Assembly (NCBI GenBank): GCA_963779755.1
Contig: CAVZZO010000001.1
Location: 1,440,001-1,504,000 of the forward strand
Direction of reading: 5' to 3'
DNA length: 64,000 nucleotides
Source: an uncultured Gemmatimonadales bacterium
Lineage (GTDB): Bacteria > Gemmatimonadota > Gemmatimonadetes > Gemmatimonadales > GWC2-71-9
Shown: one piece after another, positions 9,288-20,383 of the stretch
Numbering within the stretch: the first letter of the stretch is position 1
Layout: the number at the start of each line of letters is the position of its first letter
Notes under the pieces: generated by a model
Database searches by the model: none
What the model saw: the letters and a program-made list of their open reading frames with translations, nothing else
What the model was told of the DNA's origin: nothing
Made by a program: the position numbers and the translations under genes

Positions 9288-10358
9288 ATGGCCACGGCCC
9301 TCTCTCCCCGCATCCTGCTCCGTGGGTTCGTCGTCTTTGCCCTGATCTCCATGGTCGGGTACGCGGCGGTACTGCTCTACGGCAACAATCTCCAGGGGTT
9401 TCTCCAGGCGCTGCGCGGGGTGCACTGGATCTGGCTGCTGGTGGGGCTGGGGCTCGCCTCGATGGACTGGATCGGGGGCGGGCTGCGCCTCTGGGTGGTG
9501 GCGCGGGAAATCCATCCCAACCCGCCGCTCAAGGGGATGATTCTGGCGGGCGGCATGAGCGCCTGGGCGGCCTACCTGACGCCGCTGCAATCCGGCGCCG
9601 CGCCCATGATGATCTACACCATGCGGCGCTACGGCCTGAGCGTGCCGGTGGCGATGACCTGTACGCTGATGACCTTCATCGGCACGGTGGCCTTCTTCGC
9701 CATCGCGGGCCCGCTGGCGCTGGTGTTCGGCGCGGGCAAATCGCTGGGCACCAAGGGCAACGTGCTGGGCCTCTCGCTCTACGATCTGTTCCTCGGCAGT
9801 CTCGGCATCTTCGCGGTGCTGGGCGTGATTTTCATCTTTGTCATCGTTTTCCCCCGCATCATCCGCGACCTGATCCACAAATTGACCGGCTGGATCGGCG
9901 GCAAGAGCCGCCGGGTTGCCGCCCGCCTGGAGAAGCTGCAGGCGGGGGTGGACGAGGCGCACCGCAGTGTGGCCATGTTCAACCGGCCTCGGGGCTGGCT
10001 GGCGCTCTTCTGGGCTACGCTGATTTCCGGGCCGTCCCATGCCAACAAGCTGCTGGCGGGCTACGTGGCCCTGCGCGCGGTGGGCGTCCATGCCAATTTC
10101 GTCGACGTCCTGCTGGTGCAGACGCTGATCACGTTCCTGCTCTACTTCGCGCCCACCCCCGGTGCCTCCGGCGTGGCCGAAGTCCTGTCCGCCCTGGTTA
10201 TGTCGGTCTATGTGGCGCCCGCCGTGACGCCCCTCTATACCCTCTTCTGGCGCCTGATTCTGAGCTATTACACCATCGCTTTCGGGTTCTGGGTGTTTCT
10301 CGGCTGGGTGCGGAAGGGGTTGCGGTCCATCGAACCCGTCACCACCGAGGCGGCCTGA
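9288..10358 (+). CDS. Lysylphosphatidylglycerol synthase TM-domain (flippase-like, YbhN family) protein
   Basis: Polytopic membrane protein with TPLQSG, PTPGASGVAE and WRLI motifs. Confidence 0.8.
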   Translation: MATALSPRILLRGFVVFALISMVGYAAVLLYGNNLQGFLQALRGVHWIWLLVGLGLASMDWIGGGLRLWVVAREIHPNPPLKGMILAGGMSAWAAYLTPLQSGAAPMMIYTMRRYGLSVPVAMTCTLMTFIGTVAFFAIAGPLALVFGAGKSLGTKGNVLGLSLYDLFLGSLGIFAVLGVIFIFVIVFPRIIRDLIHKLTGWIGGKSRRVAARLEKLQAGVDEAHRSVAMFNRPRGWLALFWATLISGPSHANKLLAGYVALRAVGVHANFVDVLLVQTLITFLLYFAPTPGASGVAEVLSALVMSVYVAPAVTPLYTLFWRLILSYYTIAFGFWVFLGWVRKGLRSIEPVTTEAA

Positions 10359-10360
10359 GG

Positions 10361-12157
10361 ATGGCCGCGCCCGACCTGGCGCCGGACGAGCCGCTCGCGG
10401 CGGCTTACGACGCCGCTCTGCTGCGGCGCCTGCTGGCCTACCTGCGCCCCTATCGCTGGCTGGCCCTGCTGGCGGTGGTCCTGCTGCTCCTGAGCGCCGG
10501 GCTCACGCTGGTAGGCCCCTGGCTGACCCAGCAGGTGCTCGATGTGGCGGTGCCGCGGCAGGACACCGGCCTCCTGGCCCGGCTGGCGCTGTTCTTCCTG
10601 GCGTCCCTGCTGCTCGAGTTCGGCGCCCAGTACGGCTCCAGCGTGCTCACCACCTACCTGGGGCAGCGGGTGATGCACGATCTGCGGCTCCAGATCTTCC
10701 GCCACCTGCAGCGCCTCAGCATTCCCTATTTCGACCGCCACCCGGTAGGGCGGCTGATGACCCGGGTGACCTCCGATGTCGAAACGCTGAACGAACTGTT
10801 CAGCTCCGGCGTGGTGGCGATCTTCGGCGACCTGGTGACGCTGCTGGCGATCACCATCATGATGCTCGTCATGGACTGGCGGCTGGCGCTGGTCGCCTTT
10901 GCGGCGGTACCGCTGGTGGCCCTGGCGGCCGGCATCTTCCGCCGGCACGTTCGTGAGGCCTTCCGCCAGATCCGCGTCCGGCTGGCGCGGATCAATGCCT
11001 ATCTGCAGGAGCACCTCTCCGGGATGCGGGTGGTGCAGTTGTTCAACCGCGAGGACGCGGCGGTGCGCGGCTTCGAGGAGGTGAACCGCAGCCATCTGGC
11101 GGCGCACCTCCGGTCGATTACGCTGTATGCCGTCTTCTTTCCGGTGATCGAGTTCCTGACCGCGGCCGCCATCGCGGCGCTGCTCTTCTACGGCGGTCTC
11201 CGCTCGCTCGGCGGGATGCTCACCGTCGGGGTGCTGGCCGCGTTCATTCAGCTCACCCGGCGCTTCTTCCAGCCGCTGCAGGACCTCTCGGAGAAGTACA
11301 ATATCCTCCAGAGCGCCATGGCCAGCTCGGAGCGGGTCTTCCGGCTGCTGGACACCCCGATGGCCGTAGCCGAACCGGCGCGGCCGCAGCCGCTGCCCCA
11401 GCCGGTCCGGGGCGAAGTCCGCTTCGAGAACGTCTGGTTCCGCTATGCCAAGGACGGGCCCTGGGTGCTGCGGGATGTCTCGTTCACTGCCTCGCCCGGT
11501 ACCACCCTGGCCCTGGTGGGCCATACCGGGGCGGGGAAGACCACCATCATCAGCCTGCTGCTCCGCTTCTACGATCCGGTGCGCGGCCGCATCACCGTCG
11601 ACGGGGTGGACCTGCGCGATCTCGCCACCGCCAATCTGCGCGGGCTCATCGGCTTCGTGCAGCAGGACCTGTTCCTCTTCACCGGCGATATCATGCGGAA
11701 CCTCCGGCTCGATGCTCCCATCGACGACGAAGCCGCCCGACAGGCTGCCCGGCGGGTGGGGGCCGACCGTTTCATCGAACGGCTGCCGGCCGGCTACGGG
11801 CACGTCCTGGGGGAGCGGGGCCGCTCGCTCAGTGTGGGGGAGCGCCAGTTGCTGAGCTTCGCCCGCGCCCTGGCGCGCGATCCCTGCATCCTGGTGCTGG
11901 ACGAAGCCACCAGCTCGGTGGATACCGAGTCGGAGGCCCAGATCCAGCGGGCCATCGCGGAGCTGATGCGGGGCCGCACGTCGGTGGTCGTGGCCCACCG
12001 GCTGAGCACGATTCTGGGGGCGGACGAGATCCTGGTGTTACACCATGGTGAGATCCGGGAGCGGGGCACGCATCGTGCGCTTCTGGGCGCGCGCGGCCTC
12101 TACGAGCGGCTCTATCGTCTGCAATTGGAGGGGACGGCTCCCGCCCGCACGGCCTAA
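10361..12157 (+). CDS. ABC transporter, fused permease/ATPase (MsbA/MdlB-like)
   Basis: TM domain with GRLMTRVTSDVE; Walker A GHTGAGKT; LSVGERQ; LDEATSS. Start at 10361, 2 nt after the upstream stop. Confidence 0.92.
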   Translation: MAAPDLAPDEPLAAAYDAALLRRLLAYLRPYRWLALLAVVLLLLSAGLTLVGPWLTQQVLDVAVPRQDTGLLARLALFFLASLLLEFGAQYGSSVLTTYLGQRVMHDLRLQIFRHLQRLSIPYFDRHPVGRLMTRVTSDVETLNELFSSGVVAIFGDLVTLLAITIMMLVMDWRLALVAFAAVPLVALAAGIFRRHVREAFRQIRVRLARINAYLQEHLSGMRVVQLFNREDAAVRGFEEVNRSHLAAHLRSITLYAVFFPVIEFLTAAAIAALLFYGGLRSLGGMLTVGVLAAFIQLTRRFFQPLQDLSEKYNILQSAMASSERVFRLLDTPMAVAEPARPQPLPQPVRGEVRFENVWFRYAKDGPWVLRDVSFTASPGTTLALVGHTGAGKTTIISLLLRFYDPVRGRITVDGVDLRDLATANLRGLIGFVQQDLFLFTGDIMRNLRLDAPIDDEAARQAARRVGADRFIERLPAGYGHVLGERGRSLSVGERQLLSFARALARDPCILVLDEATSSVDTESEAQIQRAIAELMRGRTSVVVAHRLSTILGADEILVLHHGEIRERGTHRALLGARGLYERLYRLQLEGTAPARTA

Positions 12158-12229
12158 CCTGCTTTCGCTTGCGCGGTTAGTGCTGGTCCGGGTAGTTTCA
12201 CCCATCCTGCTGGCCAGGGAACCCTGATC

Positions 12230-13627
12230 ATGATGCAGCTGGAGTACAGCGGACGGCGGTTCGACATTCCTGCCGGCGACTTGGGCATTGGTAACGGCCC
12301 GGATGACGGCATCCGCCTGGAGGGGGACGGCATCCAGCCCCGCCAGGCGGTGGTGAATGGGGCAACGGATGGGTCTGCCGTGATCCGGCGGGGCTCACCC
12401 GATGCAACCGTGCTGGTCAACGGGGTCCGCCTGGGCGCGGAGCCCGCCCCGTTACTCCACGGCGATCGGGTCCAGATCGGGGGCGCCACCCTGGTGGTCG
12501 CCGACCCCCGGACCAGCGGCAGTACCCAGTTTGTGAGCGCCTTTTCTCCGCCCGACGCCGGCCGCAAATCCCGGGATATGGCTTCGACGGCCGGCACGCC
12601 GATGAGCGGCGGCCGCCTGGTCAGCCTGACCGACGGTCGCGAATATCAGGTCCCGGCCACCGGGCTCTCCTTTGGCCGCGATGCGGCCGCCGACGTGGTG
12701 CTGGAGCATACCCAGGTGTCGCGGCGGCACGCCGAGATCTCGTTTACGCCGCGGGGCTACGTCCTGACCGATTCCAGCACCAACGGTACCTGGGTGAACG
12801 GCGACCGGATCGAAGGCGGGCGGCTCCTGGCGCGGGGAGACGTCCTCCGCATGGGCCAGCACGAATTCCGCTTCTATGCCGACGCCGCTCCCCCGGTGCC
12901 GGCCGCGGCGGCCCCGGCGCCCATGGCTCCTCCGGCCGGCGCCTTCCACCGTCTCAACGACACCATGCACGGCCTGCCCGCCACGCCGCCCCGGGGCTTC
13001 CCCTCGCCGGCGGCGCCAGGCCCCTCCCGGCGTTCCACGGAGGTGCCGCTGGCGTCCATGCTGGTACGGAGCGGGCCGCTCAAGGGGCAACGGATGACGG
13101 TGCGAAGCCCGGTGGTGAATATCGGGCGGGCCGACTACAACGATGTGGTCGTACCGGACGACTCGGTGAGCAGCGGACACGCCAAGCTGCAGCGCCGCGA
13201 GGGGGTCTGGATCCTCACCGATCAGGGCTCGACCAACGGCACCTATGTGGACGGCGAGCGGGTCGAAGGCGAGTACCCGCTGAGTCCGGGCGCCACGCTC
13301 CGCTTCGGGAAGGTCTCGGTCCTGTTCGAGCCCTCCGACGAGGGCATGCCGGCGGCCGACGGCGGTACCCGGATCCTGGAGCCGATCCGGCCGCTGGCCG
13401 ATGCCGGGCCCGCTCCCGCGGCCGCTCCGGAGAAGCCCACGCATCTCACCGACGAGCGGCCCACTCCCGAATCCCTGCCTCGGCCCGAGCCGCGTCCCCG
13501 GCCCGTCATCCGACGGCCCCCCATAGTGGTCACCCCGGCCCCCCGCCGCTCGGCGCGGGGCTGGTGGATCGGCCTGGCCCTGCTCGCCGCCGCGGCGGCG
13601 GCGGCCGCCTACTACTTCCTGCGGTAG
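12230..13627 (+). CDS. Triple-FHA-domain protein with C-terminal membrane anchor
   Basis: Two canonical FHA domains (GR...SRRH...STNGT and GR...SSGH...STNGT), one degenerate N-terminal FHA, Pro-rich linkers, C-terminal TM helix. Confidence 0.85.
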   Translation: MMQLEYSGRRFDIPAGDLGIGNGPDDGIRLEGDGIQPRQAVVNGATDGSAVIRRGSPDATVLVNGVRLGAEPAPLLHGDRVQIGGATLVVADPRTSGSTQFVSAFSPPDAGRKSRDMASTAGTPMSGGRLVSLTDGREYQVPATGLSFGRDAAADVVLEHTQVSRRHAEISFTPRGYVLTDSSTNGTWVNGDRIEGGRLLARGDVLRMGQHEFRFYADAAPPVPAAAAPAPMAPPAGAFHRLNDTMHGLPATPPRGFPSPAAPGPSRRSTEVPLASMLVRSGPLKGQRMTVRSPVVNIGRADYNDVVVPDDSVSSGHAKLQRREGVWILTDQGSTNGTYVDGERVEGEYPLSPGATLRFGKVSVLFEPSDEGMPAADGGTRILEPIRPLADAGPAPAAAPEKPTHLTDERPTPESLPRPEPRPRPVIRRPPIVVTPAPRRSARGWWIGLALLAAAAAAAAYYFLR

Positions 13628-13637
13628 CCAGGGCCCC

Positions 13638-14417
13638 GTGCGATTCACCTGCGCCGCCCGCACCGATGTGGGCATCGTTCGCTCCGGCAACGAAGACAAC
13701 TACCTGATGCTGGCCGACCGCGGGCTCTTCATCGTGGCCGACGGCATGGGCGGGCACGCCGCGGGCGAAGTCGCGAGCGAGATGGCGGTGCGTATCGTGG
13801 CCGACGAGATGGGCTCGTTGCGGGGCCTGAACGATCCGCAGGCGGGCGACCGGCTGCGCAGCTCCATTCGCGCGGCCAATTCGGCCATCTTCGGCCGCAC
13901 CCTCCAGGAGCACGACAAGCGCGGGATGGGTACCACGGTGACGGTGCTGGCCCTCATGCCGCAGCGGTATCTTATCGGCCAGGTGGGAGACAGCCGCGCC
14001 TACCTGCTGCGCGACGGGCGCATGCTGCAACTCACCAAAGACCACTCCTACGTACAGGAGCAGGTCGATGCCGGGCTGCTCACCCCCGAGCAGGCGCGGG
14101 TCCATCCCTACAGCAACGTCATCACCCGTTGCGTCGGCGCCAGCAACGAAGTCGTGGCCGATATCTATTTCGGCGCCCTGCGCAAAGGCGATGTGCTGCT
14201 GCTTGCCTCCGACGGGCTCACCGGTATGCTGGAAGACGAGCAGCTGGCGCGCATCATCGATGCCGAAGGCGGCCCGCAGCACTGGGTCGACCGGATGATC
14301 ACCGAGGCCAACCGCCGGGGGGGCCTGGACAACATTACCGTCATCGCCGTCCGGATCGATACCGTCGACGTGCCCTCAGGCGAGTATCCCGCCGTTCCCG
14401 CCAGCGCTTCCCGTTAG
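13638..14417 (+). CDS. PP2C-type Ser/Thr phosphatase (Stp1/PrpC-like)
   Basis: RSGNED, VADGMGGH, GMGTT, VGDSRAY, ASDGL and GGLDNIT motifs. Confidence 0.93.
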   Translation: MRFTCAARTDVGIVRSGNEDNYLMLADRGLFIVADGMGGHAAGEVASEMAVRIVADEMGSLRGLNDPQAGDRLRSSIRAANSAIFGRTLQEHDKRGMGTTVTVLALMPQRYLIGQVGDSRAYLLRDGRMLQLTKDHSYVQEQVDAGLLTPEQARVHPYSNVITRCVGASNEVVADIYFGALRKGDVLLLASDGLTGMLEDEQLARIIDAEGGPQHWVDRMITEANRRGGLDNITVIAVRIDTVDVPSGEYPAVPASASR

Positions 14418-14555
14418 TCGTTAGTCGTTATCATTAGTCATTGGTCGTTAGTCGTTAGGGTCCGCGCCATCGAGGCTTGGCCTGGCGTTGCCGAGCCCTG
14501 GTGAGCGCACCGAATGACCAGCGACGAACGACTCGCGACTAGCGACTGATGGCCA
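14412..14555. repeat. Inverted heptamer arrays (GTTAGTC-like / CGACTAG-like)
   Basis: GTTAGTCGTTAGTCGTTATCATTAGTCATTGGTCGTTAGTCGTTAG on the left and a degenerate complementary array on the right, between convergent genes. Confidence 0.7.
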
Positions 14556-15804
14556 GTGCCTCCACTTCTTCCGCGGGGAGCACCATCAGCTTCAGAACCG
14601 ATGTCACCGGGCGGCTGGGTGGCAGGGCGGTAAAGACCCGCAGGCGGCGGGCGCTGCGGTAGAGCTCGTCGGCCACCCGGGGCAGGCCGAGCTGGCCCGC
14701 CCGGCCGGCGCCGGTCAGCCGTTCGACGCCTCCACTCCGGGTCCGGAGCGGCAAGTCCACCGACAGCATGCTGGGCCGGGCGGGGAAATCCACCAGGACC
14801 TGTCCCGGCTGGAGCCCGGCCTCCAGCGCCAGGTGATCCTCCAGGCGCTCGAGCACGTCGGGCCGTTCATGGATCCAGGGCTGCGCGTCCTGCGGGACAT
14901 CACTGGCCGGCAGGTCGAGCGCGCGTTTGAAGAGGCGCCGTTCGTGCACCGCTGCGGCCAGGCCGGTGGGGTCTTCCCGGAACAGGTGCTCCATCAGCCC
15001 GCCGTCGGTCATGGTGGCCAGCGCTCCCGCGGTCAGCCGGCCAGCAGAGACGGTGGCGCGCACCGCCCGCTTGAACATGCAGGTTGCCGAGCGCACGGCG
15101 TGGTGCCAGTAGACGTTGCGGTACATCTGATACTTGGCGAAGAGCAGAGACTCCAGCGCGCTCACGCCCTTCTCGTGCACGCCGACCTCGCCGCCCCCGG
15201 GCATCTCCACCAGGGTGAGCGCCGCCAGGAGGCGGTTGACGTCCACCGTACCGTAGGGGACCCCGCACATCCAGGCGTCGCGGCTCAGGTACTCGACCTT
15301 GTCGAGGTCCAGCGAGCCCGAGATGAGTCCCGCCAGCGGGCTGGTGCTCCGGCCGGTGACCAGGGCGCCGATGCGCGCCGGCAGCTCTGGAATCCCGAAG
15401 GGGGTCAGGGCCTCTGCCAGCCCGGGCTGCGCCAGCCGCGCGACGCCGAGTCCCTCATGGTGGGGGAATCCGGCTTCTTCGAGAGCGTGGGAAAAGGGGT
15501 AGTGCCCCAGGTCGTGCAGCAGCGCGGCCAGCCGGACGGCGAGGCGGTCTTCGGGGGGGATGGACGCCAGCTCACCCCGCTCTTCCAGGGCGGTGAGCGC
15601 CAGTTTGGTCAGGTGAAAGGTGCCCAGCGCATGCTCGAATCGCGTGTGCGTGGCCCCGGGATAGACCAGGAAGGCATGCCCCAGCTGCCGCACGTACCGC
15701 AGCCGCTGAACCGCCGGCTGGTCCACCACCCGCATGATGCTCCGCTCGATGCGAATGTTATCCCAGAGCGGGTCGCGAATGATGTCGAAGGGAGAATGGG
15801 ACAT
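14539..15804 (-). CDS. HD-domain phosphohydrolase (SAMHD1/dNTPase-like)
   Basis: QRLRYVRQLG, HTRFEHALG, LLHDLGHYPFSH, DLDKVEYLSRD and VYWHH motifs. Confidence 0.88.
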   Translation of the reverse strand: MSHSPFDIIRDPLWDNIRIERSIMRVVDQPAVQRLRYVRQLGHAFLVYPGATHTRFEHALGTFHLTKLALTALEERGELASIPPEDRLAVRLAALLHDLGHYPFSHALEEAGFPHHEGLGVARLAQPGLAEALTPFGIPELPARIGALVTGRSTSPLAGLISGSLDLDKVEYLSRDAWMCGVPYGTVDVNRLLAALTLVEMPGGGEVGVHEKGVSALESLLFAKYQMYRNVYWHHAVRSATCMFKRAVRATVSAGRLTAGALATMTDGGLMEHLFREDPTGLAAAVHERRLFKRALDLPASDVPQDAQPWIHERPDVLERLEDHLALEAGLQPGQVLVDFPARPSMLSVDLPLRTRSGGVERLTGAGRAGQLGLPRVADELYRSARRLRVFTALPPSRPVTSVLKLMVLPAEEVEALAISR

Positions 15805-15810
15805 GCCTCC

Positions 15811-17415
15811 CTAGGCCTTTGGGCCCGCCGCCTTCACGGAATCCGGCACGCCGTCGGCATACTTCGCGAAGTTCTCCCGGAACATCGTTGCCAGCTTCTT
15901 CGCCTGGGCATCGTAGGCATCGTGGTCGGCCCAGGTCTCCCGCGGCGTGAGCAGCCGGCCCGGCACGTCGGGCACGGACATCGGCACCTCGAGGCCGAAG
16001 ACCGGGTCGGTGCGGAAGGCGGCGTGGTCGAGCGCGCCGGACAGGGCGGAGCGGACCATGGTGCGGGTGTAGGGCAGGTTGATGCGGGAGCCGACGCCGA
16101 AGGGGCCGCCGGTCCAGCCGGTGTTCACGAGCCAGACGTGCACGTTGTGCCGCTGGATCCGCTCTCCCAGCATCCGGGCGTAGACGCCAGGATGGCGGGG
16201 CAGGAAGGGCGCGCCGAAGCAGGCGCTGAAGGTGGCGGTCGGCTCGGTGACGCCGCGTTCGGTGCCCGCCACCTTGGCGGTATATCCCGAGAGGAAGTGA
16301 TACATCCCCTGCTCAGGGGTAAGCCGCGCAATCGGCGGCAGCACGCCGAAGGCGTCGGCGGTCAGGAAGACGATGTGCTGCGGGTGGCCGCCGACGCCCT
16401 CGGGCACGTGATTGGGAATGCAGTCGATCTGATAGCTCGCCCGGGTGTTTTCGGTGATTTTCTGGCTGTCGAAGTCCACCCGGCGGGTGACCGGGTCGAA
16501 CTCGACGTTCTCGAGCAACGTGCCGAACATCCGGGTGGCGGCGTAGATCTCGGGCTCGGTGTCGGGCCGCAGGCGGATGACCTTGGCATAGCAGCCGCCT
16601 TCGAAGTTGAACACGCCCCGGTTGCTCCAGCCGTGCTCGTCGTCGCCGATGAGCCGGCGGGTCGGGTCGGCCGAGAGCGTCGTCTTGCCGGTGCCGGAGA
16701 GGCCGAAGAAAATGGCGGTAAGGCCGTCCGACCCGATGTTGGCGCTGCAGTGCATCGGCAGCACCTCGCGTTCGGGCAGGAGATAATTCAGGACGGTGAA
16801 GATCGCCTTCTTCATTTCGCCGGCGTAGCGGGTCCCGCCGATCAGCACCAGCCTCCGGCCGAAATGCAGCACGATGAACGCGCCGCTCCGGGTACCGTGG
16901 ACGGCCGGATCGGCCTGCATCTCGGGGGCGTGCAGGACGGTGAAATCCGGCGCGAAGGAGGCCAGCGTCTCGGCGTCGGGACGCACGAACATGTTGCGTA
17001 CGAACAGCGCGTGCCAGGCGTTCGGCGTCACGAAGCGCACCGGCAGGCGGTACTCCGGGTCGGCCCCGCCGTAGAGATCCTGAACGAACAGGTCCTGCCC
17101 GCCCAGATGCTCACGGACGCTCTGCAGCAGGCGTTCGAAGTGCTCATCGGACAGGGACGCGTTCTTGTCCCACCAGATGTTGTCCGCCGATCCCGGCTCC
17201 CGCACGATGAACTTGTCGTTGGGCGACCGGCCCGTGTGCGGCGAGGTGACCACCGCCATGGCCCCGCCCTGCAGCAGGGCGCCCTCCTCGCGGTGCAGCG
17301 CGTGCTCGTAGAGCACGGCCGGGGCGAGGTTGGCCTGGACCGAACCGGGCTCGAACCCGAGCTGATCGCCAAGGGAGGTTTGCCGGGAGCGGTGCGGGCG
17401 AGTCTGGGTCGACAT
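15811..17415 (-). CDS. pckA: Phosphoenolpyruvate carboxykinase (ATP)
   Basis: [28 protein letters not shown] and IGDDEHGW...FEGGCYAK. Confidence 0.97.
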   Translation of the reverse strand: MSTQTRPHRSRQTSLGDQLGFEPGSVQANLAPAVLYEHALHREEGALLQGGAMAVVTSPHTGRSPNDKFIVREPGSADNIWWDKNASLSDEHFERLLQSVREHLGGQDLFVQDLYGGADPEYRLPVRFVTPNAWHALFVRNMFVRPDAETLASFAPDFTVLHAPEMQADPAVHGTRSGAFIVLHFGRRLVLIGGTRYAGEMKKAIFTVLNYLLPEREVLPMHCSANIGSDGLTAIFFGLSGTGKTTLSADPTRRLIGDDEHGWSNRGVFNFEGGCYAKVIRLRPDTEPEIYAATRMFGTLLENVEFDPVTRRVDFDSQKITENTRASYQIDCIPNHVPEGVGGHPQHIVFLTADAFGVLPPIARLTPEQGMYHFLSGYTAKVAGTERGVTEPTATFSACFGAPFLPRHPGVYARMLGERIQRHNVHVWLVNTGWTGGPFGVGSRINLPYTRTMVRSALSGALDHAAFRTDPVFGLEVPMSVPDVPGRLLTPRETWADHDAYDAQAKKLATMFRENFAKYADGVPDSVKAAGPKA

Positions 17416-17451
17416 GTACGTCCTTCCCGCGCCGGGGGGGCGCGTCTGAAG

Positions 17452-19722
17452 TCAGGGGCCGGTCGCTGCCCGGCGGCGGGCGCGCTCCTGCGCGTCCACG
17501 GCCGCAATGACGGCCAGGTTTACGATATCATCCACGTCCGAGCCGCGCTGGAGCACGTGGATCGGCGCCGCCATTCCTACCAGGATGGGGCCGATGGCCT
17601 GAGCACCTCCCAGGCGGCTCAACAGCTTGTAGGAGATGTTGGCCGCGTCCAGGTCGGGAAAAATCAACACGTTGGCCGCCTGCCGCAACCGGGCGAACGG
17701 GTACTGCCCCTTGAGAATGTCGGCCACGACCGCCGTGTCGGCCTGCATTTCGCCGTCCACCTGGAGGTCCGGGCGCTCCCGGTGCAGCCGCCGCACGGCG
17801 TCGGCCACCTTGCGCTGCGCCGGGTGCTGGACCGACCCGAAATTGGCGAAACTGAGCAGCGCCATCTGGGGCTCGATGCCCAGTTCCCGGACGAACTCGG
17901 CGGTGGACATGGCGATCTCCGCCAGCCGGCCGGCATCGGGATCGATGTTCACGCTGCAATCGGCGAAGAACAGGGTACGCTGCTGCAGGACCATCATGTA
18001 GATGCCGGCGACGGCGCGGTCCGGGCTGGCGCCGGCCACCTCGAAGGCAGGACGGATGGCGTTGGGATAGTGGCGGTTCACCCCGGTCACGAAGGCGTCG
18101 GCCTCCCCCCGGGTGACCATCATGGCCCCCCAGTAGGCGCTGTCCCGCATCCGCCGACGGGCCTCCGAGCGGGTGACGCCGCGGCGCTGCCGGCGCTTCC
18201 AGAAGTCGGCGGCGTACTCGTCCAGCCGGGGGTCGCTGGAGGGATCCACCACCGCCATGCCGGTGAGCGCGATCCCCGCCTCCCGCGCCGCTGCCCGGAT
18301 ATCGGCATCGTTGCCCAGCAGAATGGGGCTGGCGCTGCCCTCGTCGGCCAGGATCCGCCCGGCCCGGAGGATGCGGGGGTCCTCGCCATCGCCCAGGGCG
18401 ACCCGGCGCAGATCGGCCGCGGCCCGGTTGCTGAGGCCGCGCATGATGGCGCGCCCCCGGCTCAGCCGGGATTCGAGCCCGGTCCGGTACTCCTCGAGGT
18501 CGATCACCTGCGCGGCTACGCCGCTGGCGATGGCCGCCCAGGCCACCGCCGGCGCCACCCAGAGCAGCACCCGGGGGTCGAACGGCTTGGGAATGAGATA
18601 GTCCCGGCCGAAGCGGAGCGCCTCGACTCCGTAGGCCCGCAGCACCACGTCAGGGACGTCTTCCTTGGCCAGGCTGGCCAGCGCCCGGGTCGCCGCCATC
18701 TTCATCTCTTCGTTGATGGCGCGAGCCCGCACGTCCAGCGCCCCGCGAAAGATGAAGGGAAACCCCAGCACGTTGTTGACCTGATTCACGTAGTCGCTGC
18801 GGCCGGTGGCGATGATGGCATCGGGCCGGGCGGCGTGCGCCTCCTCCGGCGCGATCTCCGGGACCGGATTGGCCAGGGCAAAGATGATGGGGTCGCGCGC
18901 CATCCGGGCGATCATCGCCGGCGTCACCGCTCCGCCCACCGAGAGGCCCACGAACACGTCGGCGCCTTCAAACGCCTCCGCCGGCGTCCGCGCCCGGGCG
19001 GCCGGCGCGAAGCGCGCGCGGTAGGGATCCAGGTCGGTCCGGTCGGCGCGGACCACCCCGTCCTTGTCGCACAAGGTGATGTGCTCCCGCCGCACGCCCA
19101 GACGGATATAGTGCTCCGCGGTGGCGATGGCGGCGGCGCCGGCGCCCATGAAGACGACCCGGATCTCCGCCGGCGCCTTCCCGGTGAGCTCCAGCGCATT
19201 GAGCAGCGCGGCACCGGAGATGATCGCGGTGCCGTGCTGGTCGTCATGGAATACCGGGATGGAGAGCCGGGCGCGGAGGCGTTCCTCCACCGCGAAACAG
19301 TCGGGGGACCGGATGTCCTCCAGGTTGATGCCGCCGACGGTGGGCTCCAGCATGCGGCAGAACTCCACCATCTCATCGACCGTGGGGGCGTTGATCTCCA
19401 GATCGAAGACGTCGATATCGGCGAAGGTCTTGAAGAGGACACCCTTGCCTTCCATGACCGGCTTGGCCGCGGCGGGCCCGATGTCGCCCAGGCCCAGCAC
19501 CGCGGTCCCGTTGGACACCACCGCGACCAGATTGCCGCGGGTGGTATAGCGGTAGGCGTCGTCGGGCCGGTCGCGGATGGCCAGGCAGGGCTCCGCCACC
19601 CCCGGGGTGTAGGCGAGGGAAAGGTCGCGCTGGTTCTGGGTCGGCTTGGTGGGGACGACCTGGATCTTGCCGGGCCGCCCCTCTTCGTGGTACCGCAGCG
19701 CGTCGCGGCGGCGGTCCGTCAC
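17452..19722 (-). CDS. maeB: NADP-dependent malic enzyme with phosphotransacetylase-like domain
   Basis: [30 protein letters not shown], plus C-terminal [11 protein letters not shown] at 19722 overlaps the upstream TGA. Confidence 0.95.
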   Translation of the reverse strand: MTDRRRDALRYHEEGRPGKIQVVPTKPTQNQRDLSLAYTPGVAEPCLAIRDRPDDAYRYTTRGNLVAVVSNGTAVLGLGDIGPAAAKPVMEGKGVLFKTFADIDVFDLEINAPTVDEMVEFCRMLEPTVGGINLEDIRSPDCFAVEERLRARLSIPVFHDDQHGTAIISGAALLNALELTGKAPAEIRVVFMGAGAAAIATAEHYIRLGVRREHITLCDKDGVVRADRTDLDPYRARFAPAARARTPAEAFEGADVFVGLSVGGAVTPAMIARMARDPIIFALANPVPEIAPEEAHAARPDAIIATGRSDYVNQVNNVLGFPFIFRGALDVRARAINEEMKMAATRALASLAKEDVPDVVLRAYGVEALRFGRDYLIPKPFDPRVLLWVAPAVAWAAIASGVAAQVIDLEEYRTGLESRLSRGRAIMRGLSNRAAADLRRVALGDGEDPRILRAGRILADEGSASPILLGNDADIRAAAREAGIALTGMAVVDPSSDPRLDEYAADFWKRRQRRGVTRSEARRRMRDSAYWGAMMVTRGEADAFVTGVNRHYPNAIRPAFEVAGASPDRAVAGIYMMVLQQRTLFFADCSVNIDPDAGRLAEIAMSTAEFVRELGIEPQMALLSFANFGSVQHPAQRKVADAVRRLHRERPDLQVDGEMQADTAVVADILKGQYPFARLRQAANVLIFPDLDAANISYKLLSRLGGAQAIGPILVGMAAPIHVLQRGSDVDDIVNLAVIAAVDAQERARRRAATGP

Positions 19723-20381
19723 GGACGCACCGGCACCATATCGGCCGGGATATGATAGATCGCCTCGGCGGTCCGCACATCCCGGGCGCTCAGGTGGGTG
19801 ACCACGGGGTTGGAGTACATGAGGTCGGTGGTGTCGCTGGTATGGTCGAAGAGGCCCAGGCTGTGGCCGATCTCGTGCGCCACGGTGACTTCGAGACAGG
19901 TCTCGAGATCGCCGCCGGGGAGGCGCTGGTTGATGTAGATGTGCATGGGCAGGCCCAGCTGGTGCCGGGTGGCCACGGTATCGAAAACCGTCGCCCCTTC
20001 GCACTCCGGCAGCATGGCCCCGAGGCGCACCGGGGGCACCAGCCCGACCTTGGGCGGGACTCCGGCCCGGACGATGACGTCGGCCAGGCTGGAATCCGCG
20101 ACCAGCACCGCGTCGTACTCCCCATAGAGGAACGCCGCCTTCCACAGGGCGATGCCATCGGAGACGTGCCGAGAGAGGTCGAAAGTATCCTCGGCCCAGA
20201 AGCGCACCGGCAGCGATGCACGCGGCCAGTGGAAGCTGAGCGAGTCGAGACCGCCGGTGTCATTGGGAACGAACAGGCGCCACTCGTACGGAGCGGGGCG
20301 CGCCGGGCCGGCGATGTCGGTGCAGGCCCAGCCCAGCGCCAGGGCGGCGGCCAGGCCGCCAAGGACGAGTCCGCGTCGCAT
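19719..20381 (-). CDS. Matrixin-like (metzincin) metalloprotease, probable lipoprotein
   Basis: HEIGHSLGLFDH zinc motif, DLMY Met-turn, signal peptide ending WAC. Confidence 0.8.
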   Translation of the reverse strand: MRRGLVLGGLAAALALGWACTDIAGPARPAPYEWRLFVPNDTGGLDSLSFHWPRASLPVRFWAEDTFDLSRHVSDGIALWKAAFLYGEYDAVLVADSSLADVIVRAGVPPKVGLVPPVRLGAMLPECEGATVFDTVATRHQLGLPMHIYINQRLPGGDLETCLEVTVAHEIGHSLGLFDHTSDTTDLMYSNPVVTHLSARDVRTAEAIYHIPADMVPVRP

Positions 20382-20383
20382 GG

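Noticed and set aside
9068..12157. Apparent 1029-aa ABC transporter fusion
   Set aside because: The N-terminal part is an off-frame read through the flippase-like gene. The real start is 10361.
14412..14555. Short repeats as a CRISPR array
   Set aside because: Units are 7-9 nt and contiguous, with no unique spacers and no cas genes.
14833..19755. 1640-aa plus-strand ORF
   Set aside because: It is the antisense shadow of the HD gene, pckA and maeB. High-GC codon bias removes stops, and it has no motifs.
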